Source: a virus | Taxonomy: Duplodnaviria > Caudoviricetes | Reading direction: 5' to 3' (one strand) | Length of the DNA: 25,906 bases | IMG/VR virus record: IMGVR_UViG_3300012041_000059 | Location: 1 to 25,906 of that record | Shown here: piece by piece, positions 17,295 through 24,254 of the stretch | How the letters are laid out: every line of letters starts with the position of its first letter | Position numbering within the stretch: position 1 is the stretch's first letter | The notes under the pieces: generated by a model | Told to the model about the DNA's origin: nothing | The model's database searches: none | What the model saw: the letters and a program-made list of their open reading frames with translations, nothing else | Position numbers and translations under genes: made by a program

Positions 17295-17683
17295 AAGCGA
17301 TCTCTCGCATCGTGTTCGGCCTGCTGGCCATCGCGATCTGCGGCTGCGTGGGCGTGATGGTGCTCGCGAGCGCGGCGCGCGCGCAGACGGCGCCGCCCAA
17401 GCCGCTGTGCCTGCCCAGCATGGACAGCGGCGGCAGCCTGACAGCGAGCCCGCTGTACACGGGCGCCAGCAAGAATGGCGCATGGGTGTGGTGGGTGTGC
17501 TACCTCGACGCCTTCTCCCCGCAATTCCCGCAGGCAATGCAGGTCGCGTGGCCACCATCGCCAAAGCGGCCGACCCGCTGAAGAGCCTGCAGGACGGGCA
17601 AGCGATTCACCATCTTGCCGCTCACCGACCCCAGCCTGGCTGCGGTGGTGGCCGACATGAAGGCGGCGGCGGGGAGCAAGTAG
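17291..17683 (+). pseudogene. Signal-peptide protein apparently broken by compensating frameshifts (or sequence errors)
   Basis: The ORF from ATG 17291 stops at 17581. GRVATIAKAADPLKSLQ reads well in another frame, then the original frame resumes (GKRFTILPLTDPSLAAVVADMKAAAGSK*) to TAG 17683, which abuts the next ATG. Confidence 0.6.
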
Positions 17684-17953
17684 ATGCCAGCCCTCGGCTA
17701 TCGCTACACACCAGAGCAGTTGCAGCGCAGCCTGGCCAAGCGAACACGGACGATCTTGCTGCTGCAAAAGATCGCCGACCACACGCCACCACCAGCGATT
17801 CCACGACACGTGGTGCTTCACGCGGTGCCAACGCAGGCGCGTGTCGACCCAGAGCAGATGGCGCGCGAGTGCGGGCTTCTCTACATCAACGGACGAGTGC
17901 ACACGCCACCGATGCCGGTGGTGAAAGGCGGCGCGAAATGGGCGACATCCTGA
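17684..17953 (+). CDS. Hypothetical protein, 89 aa
   Basis: ATG follows directly on TAG 17683; GGGGAG SD; overlaps the endolysin start. Confidence 0.55.
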   Translation: MPALGYRYTPEQLQRSLAKRTRTILLLQKIADHTPPPAIPRHVVLHAVPTQARVDPEQMARECGLLYINGRVHTPPMPVVKGGAKWATS

Positions 17954-18438
17954 ACAACGAGCACGCGTTTCTGGGGCTGATCGAGTTCGCCGAGGGCACG
18001 GCCGCGCGCGGCGGCGACCCTTACCGCGTGTGCTACAGCTACGCGCACACGATTCAGAGTTTTGCCGACCACCCGGCCATCACCGGCGAGTGGCTGGGCG
18101 AGCGGCTGTCCGACGAGATGTGCCGCAACGCGGGCCTGGGGCCCGGCTGCAAGAGCACGGCGGCGGGGCGCTACCAGCTCATCAAGCCCACCTGGCGCGG
18201 CATCCGCGACCGGCTGCGGCTGCCGAGCTTCGAGCCCGAGTGCCAGGACCGCGCGGCGCTGTACCTGATCACCAACCGCGGCGCGCTCGAGGATGTGCAC
18301 GCCGGGCGCATCAAGACGGCGCTGGCCAAGTGCGCGCCCGAGTGGGCCAGCCTGCCGGGCAACTTTGCGGGGCAGCCGCAGCGCCGGCAGGCTGAGCTGG
18401 TGGCCGCCTTCGAGCGCGCGGGCGGGGTGATGGCGTGA
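17938..18438 (+). CDS. Endolysin, lambda R-type lytic transglycosylase (GH104), 166 aa
   Basis: AFL.LI.FAEGT (catalytic Glu), FADHP, STAAGRYQ, F.PECQDRAAL, EWASLPG. True start is ATG 17938. Confidence 0.93.
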   Translation: MGDILNNEHAFLGLIEFAEGTAARGGDPYRVCYSYAHTIQSFADHPAITGEWLGERLSDEMCRNAGLGPGCKSTAAGRYQLIKPTWRGIRDRLRLPSFEPECQDRAALYLITNRGALEDVHAGRIKTALAKCAPEWASLPGNFAGQPQRRQAELVAAFERAGGVMA

Positions 18439-18454
18439 GCCATCGGGTGGCGTG

Positions 18455-18715
18455 ATGGCCAGGCACATCGTGTGGCGGCGCGACCGGACAGTGGCGGCGC
18501 TTGCGCCGCTTGCACTTGCGTGGGACGCAAGCCCCGGCGCGACGTCTTACAGGATTTACTGGGGCACCACGACGGGCGTCTACAGCGCGTCGCTCAACGT
18601 CGGCAACGTGACGAGTTACTCGCTGCCGGACCCCGGGCCGTCGTTCCGCTTCTTTGCAGTCTTCGCTCTGGACTCGGGTGGCGAGGGCCCTGCATCCAAT
18701 GAGTTCACCCGTTGA
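18455..18715 (+). CDS. Stand-alone fibronectin type III-like protein, about 86 aa
   Basis: LAWDASPGATSYRIYWGT..G.Y...VGNVTSY...FFAV.A.D.GGE.P.SNE FN3 pattern. Confidence 0.75.
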   Translation: MARHIVWRRDRTVAALAPLALAWDASPGATSYRIYWGTTTGVYSASLNVGNVTSYSLPDPGPSFRFFAVFALDSGGEGPASNEFTR

Positions 18716-18722
18716 GCAAACG

Positions 18723-19778
18723 ATGAAATATCTTGTCTACCTTGCAGCGCTGTTGCTGCTGCCCGTGGCGTTTGCGCAGCCGGCGGCGCCGGGCAACTTC
18801 CGCCTGGTGGTGGCAGGCCCGCCGACGCCGGCCTCGGTGGCGGCGCGCAACCTGCCGATTGTTGGCCCCATCACCACCACCAGCAACGGGCAGAGGATCG
18901 AGAACCTGCACATTCGCAGAACCTCAGGCACCGGGCCATGCATCACCGTGAACCACACCGGGGTGGTGATTCAGGACAACGAGATCGGGCCCTGTGGGGT
19001 GGCTGAGAGCACCGACAACAACGGGATAGTTTCTACTGGTGCAACAAACATCACCATCAGGCGCAACGTCATCCACGACGTTGCCAATGGTGCGTACCTG
19101 ACCTCTGCGGCCAACCCGTTCGTCTTCACCAAGAACTACGTCTATAACCTCCGCGGCCCGTGGCCGCGCGGCCAAGCCTTTCAGACAAACGGCATCACTG
19201 GTGGTACGGGGTCGAGCAAGGTCACATGCAACATCTCCGACACGAAGCCAGGGATCAGGTATGGCGTGGATCACAACGTCACCAACGTCGAGGACCACAT
19301 CAATCTGTACAACGCTACGGGGGTCGATTCAACAACTAATCGAATCGAGATTGCTTACAACAGGCTGCGCGGCGGGCATCCATCGAGCACTACCGGCTCT
19401 GGCATCAACTCTGGCGATGGGGCTTCGGGAGGTAACGTCTACTCCCACGACAACATCGTCGTCAACACGCGCAACTCGGCACTGGCCATAACGAACGGCA
19501 CCAACCACACGCACGACAACAACCGCGTCTATATGTCCCGCACCCCGTGGGCTGGCGTCGACTGGGGCGCAACCGGATGTTCCGTTTTGCAAGGTTTCGG
19601 GTCTGGCTCCGCAGGAACGTGCCACACGAACACCATATCGAACAACAGCGTCCGCGCGATCGGTCTCACATCGCACTGCGAGGGTTACTGCGTTGTGACA
19701 TACACCGACAACAACTGGACCGACACCAGCCTCACGGAAGCCATCTTCGACGAGGCGTGGACCTCGGACTGCAACTAG
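18723..19778 (+). CDS. Secreted right-handed parallel beta-helix protein (pectin-lyase-like, putative depolymerase), 351 aa
   Basis: Signal peptide MKYLVYLAALLLLPVAFA; Asn-ladder repeats (VVIQDNEI, ITIRRNVI, IEIAYNRL, YSHDNIV, TISNNSV). Confidence 0.82.
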   Translation: MKYLVYLAALLLLPVAFAQPAAPGNFRLVVAGPPTPASVAARNLPIVGPITTTSNGQRIENLHIRRTSGTGPCITVNHTGVVIQDNEIGPCGVAESTDNNGIVSTGATNITIRRNVIHDVANGAYLTSAANPFVFTKNYVYNLRGPWPRGQAFQTNGITGGTGSSKVTCNISDTKPGIRYGVDHNVTNVEDHINLYNATGVDSTTNRIEIAYNRLRGGHPSSTTGSGINSGDGASGGNVYSHDNIVVNTRNSALAITNGTNHTHDNNRVYMSRTPWAGVDWGATGCSVLQGFGSGSAGTCHTNTISNNSVRAIGLTSHCEGYCVVTYTDNNWTDTSLTEAIFDEAWTSDCN

Positions 19779-19782
19779 GGGC

Positions 19783-20133
19783 ATGAACATGCTAAGTCCG
19801 TGGCTGATCGTGGCCGCGCTGCTGGCGGTGGCCGGGGCCGGCTACACCGGCTTCGAGCTCGGCCGCGACGTGGAGCTGGCCACGCAGTACCGCGAGAACG
19901 ACGCCGCCACCAAGGCGGGCACGGCGGCCGCCGAGGCCGCGGCTCGGGCAATCTCAGGCTTGAAGGTGAACCATGTCACGATCCGCCAGCGCACCGACAC
20001 CATCACGCGCGAAGTGCCTGTGTATCGCGATTGCGTGCACGACGATCGCGTGTTCGACGCCATCAACGAGGCCCGCACCGGACAGGGCGCTGCTGCTGGC
20101 CAGCTGCCCGCCGCTTCAGCCGCTGGCCGATAA
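19783..20133 (+). CDS. Rz: Inner-membrane spanin (Rz-like), 116 aa
   Basis: N-terminal TM, Ala-rich helix, C-terminal EVPVYRDC; overlapped by a lipoprotein ORF in the +1 frame. Confidence 0.8.
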   Translation: MNMLSPWLIVAALLAVAGAGYTGFELGRDVELATQYRENDAATKAGTAAAEAAARAISGLKVNHVTIRQRTDTITREVPVYRDCVHDDRVFDAINEARTGQGAAAGQLPAASAAGR

Positions 20134-20245
20134 GACGTTCGGCGCCACCGCCACGGCGCTGATCGACACCTCGGTGCAATACCGCACCTGCAGGGCAGCG
20201 GCGCTGGCCGGCGTGCCCGACGTCGACGGCCCCGCGGCCAGGTGA
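19973..20245 (+). CDS. Rz1: Outer-membrane spanin lipoprotein (Rz1-like), overlapping Rz
   Basis: Lipobox-like TIAC, Pro-rich segment, SCPPL.PL.D.TFG...QYRTCRAA. Exact start uncertain. Confidence 0.78.
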   Translation: MSRSASAPTPSRAKCLCIAIACTTIACSTPSTRPAPDRALLLASCPPLQPLADKTFGATATALIDTSVQYRTCRAAALAGVPDVDGPAAR

Positions 20246-20249
20246 TGCG

Positions 20250-20684
20250 ATGGCCAAGAAAAAGCTCGTCACGGCCAAGGGTGTGCTCACCGACGCCGAG
20301 GTGGCGCAGTTCGACGCCGAGGTCAAGAAGTGGCAGACGCTGCTCAACCTGGGCGACTGGCGCATCGAGCGCTCCAAGAAGGCCGCCCGCAAGATGGTGA
20401 TGGCCGAGGTGGTGCGCCGCGAATTGGCGCACCGCCTGGCAAGCTACCGCCTCAACCGCGACTGGAGCAACGAGGAGCACATCACCGGCCGGTTGCTCGA
20501 GGAGATCGCGCTGCACGAGGTGCTGCACGTATTCCTGCACGAGCTGCTGGAGCACTCGGGCACCCCTGGCACCAGCGAATCGGACATCGAGGCGGCCGAG
20601 CACCGCGTTATCAACACGCTCACCCGCCTGCTGGTGCCTGACGATGCAATGCGACAGCTGCTGACGGCGTTGGGAGTGAAATAA
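20250..20684 (+). CDS. HExxH zinc-binding (metallopeptidase-like) protein, 144 aa
   Basis: WQTLLNL.DW.I; ALHEVLH motif with a downstream E (EHRVIN). Confidence 0.75.
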   Translation: MAKKKLVTAKGVLTDAEVAQFDAEVKKWQTLLNLGDWRIERSKKAARKMVMAEVVRRELAHRLASYRLNRDWSNEEHITGRLLEEIALHEVLHVFLHELLEHSGTPGTSESDIEAAEHRVINTLTRLLVPDDAMRQLLTALGVK

Positions 20685-20685
20685 G

Positions 20686-21954
20686 ATGCCAGCAACCACC
20701 CTCACCGACCGCCAGGCGCGCCTGGCCGCCGAGGCCTACAAGCGCCTGGGCGGCGAGGGGCACAAGCTGCTCTCTGGCGTGGGCATCAAGGCGTTCGACT
20801 CGCGCGTGCGCGTGGCGGTGGAGCGAGGCTTCGTGACGCGCGCCGAGCGCCGCACGGTGCCGCCCGACACGCCGATGCCAAACATCGAGGAGGCGCCGCC
20901 GCCGCCAGCGCCGCCACCGATGGCCGCGCCGGTGGCCGACGTGGACGGGCTGCGCAAGACGCTGAGCCGGGGCGCCTTCACGATTGCCGAGCTGGCCGAG
21001 CGGATGCAGCAGTCGCGCGGCGCGGTGCTCGACGCCATCGACGCCATGGTGGCGTCGGGCGTGAACGTGCAGGAGCACGGCGGGGTGTTCAGCATCCAGC
21101 ACACGCCGGCGCCCAAGCACCAGGCCGACAGCAAGAAGCTGCCCGAATACCGCAGCCGGCCCGACGGCACGTACCTGTTCGGCTTCACCAGCGACAACCA
21201 CCTGTGCAGCAAGTACGCACGCGAGGATGTGCTGGACGACCTCTACACCAAGTTTGCCGCGCAGGGCGTGGACCGCGTGTTCAATGCCGGCAACTGGGTC
21301 GACGGCGAGGCATCGTTCAACGTGCACGACCTGCTGGTGCACGGCATGGACCGGCAGATCAAGTACCTGGCCGAGCGCTACCCGCAGCGGCCTGGCATCG
21401 TGACGCACGCGATCGCCGGCAACGACCACGAGGGCTGGTGGTGCAAGCGCGAAGGCGTGGACATCGGCCGCTACGCCGAGACGGCGATGCGCGACGCCGG
21501 GCGCACCGACTGGGTGGACCTGGGCTACATGGAGGCCTACGTGCGCCTGGTGCACGCCAAGAGCGGCGAGAGCACGATGCTGCACCTGATGCACCCCGGC
21601 GGCGGCAGCGCCTACGCCATCAGCTACACGGTGCAAAAGATCGTGGAGGGCTACGACGGTGGCGAAAAGCCCGCGGTTCTGCTGGCCGGGCACTACCACA
21701 AGCTGAGCTACAACATGGTGCGCAACGTGCACGCGATCCAGACCGGCACGACCGAGGATCAAACGCCGTTCATGCGCCAGAAGAAGCTGGCGGCGCACGT
21801 GGGCGGCGGCATCTGCCAGCTGACCCAAGACCCCGCGACGGGCGCCATCGTGGCGTGCCGAGTGGAGTTTTTCAACTACTTCGTCAAGGACTACTACAAC
21901 GGCCGCTGGTCGATGTCGGGCGACGTGACGCTAGCGGATCGGATGCCTGGATGA
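20686..21954 (+). CDS. Calcineurin-like metallophosphoesterase with N-terminal HTH, 422 aa
   Basis: SDNH, AGNWVDG, AGNDHE, MHPGGG, AGHYH; HTH-like TIAELAERMQQSRGAVLDAI after a Pro-rich linker. Confidence 0.88.
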   Translation: MPATTLTDRQARLAAEAYKRLGGEGHKLLSGVGIKAFDSRVRVAVERGFVTRAERRTVPPDTPMPNIEEAPPPPAPPPMAAPVADVDGLRKTLSRGAFTIAELAERMQQSRGAVLDAIDAMVASGVNVQEHGGVFSIQHTPAPKHQADSKKLPEYRSRPDGTYLFGFTSDNHLCSKYAREDVLDDLYTKFAAQGVDRVFNAGNWVDGEASFNVHDLLVHGMDRQIKYLAERYPQRPGIVTHAIAGNDHEGWWCKREGVDIGRYAETAMRDAGRTDWVDLGYMEAYVRLVHAKSGESTMLHLMHPGGGSAYAISYTVQKIVEGYDGGEKPAVLLAGHYHKLSYNMVRNVHAIQTGTTEDQTPFMRQKKLAAHVGGGICQLTQDPATGAIVACRVEFFNYFVKDYYNGRWSMSGDVTLADRMPG

Positions 21955-22391
21955 GCGACACCAAGGCCACCAATCCGAAGGATGCGGTGGGCATCCGCAA
22001 GGCGCCGCTGTCGTGCCTGCCGATCCGCGTGCTGTGGCGCGTGGGGCTGGCGATGCTCGAGGGGGCGCTGAAGTACGGGCGCCACAACTACCGCGGCTGC
22101 GGGGTGCGGGCGTCGGTGTACTTCGACGCGTCGCTGCGGCACAAGCTGGCGTGGTGGGAGGGCGAAGACATCGACCCCGACTCGACGCTGCACCACCTGG
22201 ACAAGGAGATCGCGTGCCTCATGGTGCTGCGCGACTCGATGCTGCTCAGCAACTGGGTGGACGATCGGCCGCCGAGCTCGCGCGAGAACATGGCGGCGCT
22301 GCACCAGCACGCGTCGATGCTGATCGACCGCTACGCCACGATCGAGCCGGCGCCCAAGCACTGGACGATCGACGACCGGGTGGCCAAGTGA
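21951..22391 (+). CDS. dATP/dGTP diphosphohydrolase N-terminal domain protein (DUF5664-like), 146 aa
   Basis: TNPKDAVGIRKAPL, GALKYGRHNYR, SVYFDA..RH..AWWEGEDIDPDS.LHHL, DDRPP. ATGA overlap at 21951. Confidence 0.88.
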   Translation: MSDTKATNPKDAVGIRKAPLSCLPIRVLWRVGLAMLEGALKYGRHNYRGCGVRASVYFDASLRHKLAWWEGEDIDPDSTLHHLDKEIACLMVLRDSMLLSNWVDDRPPSSRENMAALHQHASMLIDRYATIEPAPKHWTIDDRVAK

Positions 22392-22636
22392 ACCAGACGC
22401 GGCTGGGCTCGCTCATCGAGGCGGGCGTCAACATCGTGGTCGGCTTCAGCATCAACTGGGTGGCCAACCTCCTGATCCTGCCGCTGTTCGGCTTCAACGT
22501 CACGGGCGTGCAGGCGTTCAACATCGGCCTGTTCTTCACGGCCATCAGCCTGGCGCGCAGCTACGTGATCCGGCGCTGGTTCAACGCCGGCATGCGGGGC
22601 TTTTCGCAGCGCCTGGCAAAGCGGCTGCACACCTGA
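22388..22636 (+). CDS. Small 2-TM phage membrane protein (DUF7220-like), 82 aa
   Basis: QTRLGSLIEA.VNIVVGF...FT.ISLARSYVIRRWFN; GTG 22388 overlaps the previous stop. Confidence 0.8.
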   Translation: MNQTRLGSLIEAGVNIVVGFSINWVANLLILPLFGFNVTGVQAFNIGLFFTAISLARSYVIRRWFNAGMRGFSQRLAKRLHT

Positions 22637-22678
22637 ATGCCCGACGCGGGGCCGTAGGCGCCCCGCTGCTCAACGAAC

Positions 22679-22722
22679 AGCCGCCCCGCCGCACCCTTAG
22701 GTGCCGGTGGGGCGGCTTTTTT
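22679..22722 (+). terminator. Intrinsic terminator of the late operon
   Basis: AGCCGCCCC-GCC-GCACC / CTTA loop / GGTGC-CGGT-GGGGCGGCT followed by a T run. Confidence 0.88.
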
Positions 22723-22763
22723 GCGTTGTGGGGCGGCTATTCGCGGCGGGTATTAGCGTAGCC

Positions 22764-22892
22764 TCACCCCTCGGCACAAGCAAACACCCCAGCCAAGAGA
22801 GCGGCTGCGACGATAAAGGCGTAGAAGTCGTCTGATTCGACGAGCCGCCAGAAGTCGTCCATGGGGCGCCGCCACTTCATGGCCGGCGTCAT
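22764..22892 (-). CDS. Unannotated small membrane protein, 42 aa (MTPAMKWRRPMDDFWRLVESDDFYAFIVAAALLAGVFACAEG)
   Basis: ATGA overlap with the upstream lipoprotein ORF; C-terminal hydrophobic helix. Confidence 0.55.
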   Translation of the reverse strand: MTPAMKWRRPMDDFWRLVESDDFYAFIVAAALLAGVFACAEG

Positions 22893-23020
22893 CGGCAGAC
22901 GCCCGAGGCCGCGCAGTTGGGGGGGTCGAGCGTGGCCCGGTCGGGCTCGAGCTCGGGGTCGCCGCCGCCGCAGGCGGCAAGAATTGCAGACAGAACTACA
23001 AGCGCGAGCAGCTTCTTCAC
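22889..23020 (-). CDS. Unannotated small lipoprotein, 43 aa (MKKLLALVVLSAILAA|CGGGDPELEPDRATLDPPNCAASGVCR)
   Basis: GTG start with AAGGGGA SD; textbook signal peptide II with an LAAC lipobox; Cys pair in the mature part. Confidence 0.8.
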   Translation of the reverse strand: MKKLLALVVLSAILAACGGGDPELEPDRATLDPPNCAASGVCR

Positions 23021-23053
23021 GGCATCCCCTTAGATGCCATGAGCCGATGCCGC

Positions 23054-23221
23054 TGCTACTCAGGTGCTACGAGCAGCCGCCGTGCCCTCTGGGTGCTATC
23101 CATTGAACTACGGCGGGCGGCACCAGCACATGGCCGGTGTTTACGAGGTGAACAGTCTAGCGGATTCTGGCCGCTTATGGGCATATCATCGAGGCGGTGC
23201 TACCAACTCGGGGCCGTAGCA
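23054..23221. other. attP region with repeated TGCTAC putative integrase-binding sites
   Basis: TGCTAC at 23054, 23065 (11-bp tandem spacing) and 23198, TGCTAT at 23094, inverted GTAGCA at 23216. These flank a tRNA-like core in non-coding DNA just upstream of int. Confidence 0.7.
23096..23117 (-). other. att core = 5' fragment of a tRNA (probably tRNA-Arg): CCCGCCGTAGTTCAATGGATAG
   Basis: Reads as a 7-nt acceptor strand + U8A9 + D-arm GTTC-AATGGATA-G, then loses tRNA similarity. No anticodon or T arm. The Arg(CCT) identity is recalled, not searched. Confidence 0.72.
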
Positions 23222-23222
23222 G

Positions 23223-24254
23223 ATGCCGTCGGTCATCAAGGTGAGGGATAAGTGGCGCGCCCAGGTGCGCCGCAAGGGGCACGCGCCGCAGTGTCGCACC
23301 TTCGCCAAGAAGTCCCAAGCGGACAAGTGGGCGCGCGAGCTGGAGGCGGCGATCGACGCCGGCACGCCGGCGCAGGCGCTGACGGCCCACGGACGCGGGC
23401 TCACGGTGGCCGGCGTCGACCACGAGTACCGCAAGCTGCGCGATGGCACGGCGCGGCCGATCGGCGACGCGAGCAATGAGCACTACATGCTGCGCCACCT
23501 GGCGCGGCTGCTGGGCGACCGCGCTGCGGCCTCACTGGTGCCGGCCGACCTGGTGGGCTACTGCAAGGCGCGGCGCGACGAGGGCGCGGGCCCGTACACG
23601 TTGAATATGGAGATGAGCAAGCTGGGCACGGCGCTGCGCTACGTGGCCGCGGCGCTGCACCTGCAGCTGCCGTCGGTGGTGGCCGACGCGCGGCCGCTGC
23701 TGGCGCACCTGGGGCTCATCGGTGGGGGTGGGCGGCGCGAGCGGCGGCCCACCGAGGACGAGCTCACCGCGATCGTGGCGCACCTGACGGCCAAGCGCGG
23801 GCAGCTCTATGCCGACGTGGTGCTGTTTGCGGTGGCCACGGCGATGCGGCGCTCGGAGATCGCGCGCATTCGGTGGCCGGACGTCGACGAGGCCAAGCGC
23901 CTGGTGCTGGTGCGCGGCCGCAAAGACCCGCGGCGCAAGGACAACGACCAGTGGGTGCCGTTGCTACCGGCTGCGTGGGAGGTGCTACAGGAGCAGCCGC
24001 GCGAGGCGGGCGCAGTGCGGATTTTTCCGGTGGACCTGTCGACGGTGTCGAAGTATTTCACCTGGGCGTGCAGGGAGCTGGGGATACCGGACCTGCATTT
24101 TCACGACCTGCGGCACGAGGGCACTAGCCGGCTGTTTGAAGAGGGTTTCGGCATCCAGCAGGTGGCGCTGGTGACGGGGCACCGCGACTGGCGGCACCTG
24201 CGGCGCTACACGAACCTCAGGCCGGAGGATGTGCACCGGGGGCCGGCGGGTTAG
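23223..24254 (+). CDS. int: Tyrosine recombinase / phage integrase, 343 aa
   Basis: N-terminal arm-binding WRAQVRRKG; catalytic R (MRRSEI), K (RKDP), HDLRH, TGH, Y (RRYTN). Confidence 0.96.
   Translation: MPSVIKVRDKWRAQVRRKGHAPQCRTFAKKSQADKWARELEAAIDAGTPAQALTAHGRGLTVAGVDHEYRKLRDGTARPIGDASNEHYMLRHLARLLGDRAAASLVPADLVGYCKARRDEGAGPYTLNMEMSKLGTALRYVAAALHLQLPSVVADARPLLAHLGLIGGGGRRERRPTEDELTAIVAHLTAKRGQLYADVVLFAVATAMRRSEIARIRWPDVDEAKRLVLVRGRKDPRRKDNDQWVPLLPAAWEVLQEQPREAGAVRIFPVDLSTVSKYFTWACRELGIPDLHFHDLRHEGTSRLFEEGFGIQQVALVTGHRDWRHLRRYTNLRPEDVHRGPAG

Noticed and set aside
17407-17937. N-terminal extension making a 343-aa endolysin
   Set aside because: Lysozyme motifs begin at ATG 17938; the extension overlaps other ORFs and reads as off-frame sequence.
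19440-19720. AAC-rich stretches in the beta-helix gene as a possible TR
   Set aside because: Explained by Asn ladders of the beta-helix; no similarity to the 34-bp VR constant end.
21951-22391. 2-aminoadenine (Z-base) genome system suggested by the DUF5664-like domain
   Set aside because: No PurZ, DatZ or dedicated polymerase in the window; this domain is widespread in phages without Z-DNA.
23040-23120. Complete tRNA gene
   Set aside because: Only the first 22 nt are tRNA-like; there is no anticodon arm, T-arm (GTTCGA) or 3' acceptor strand.
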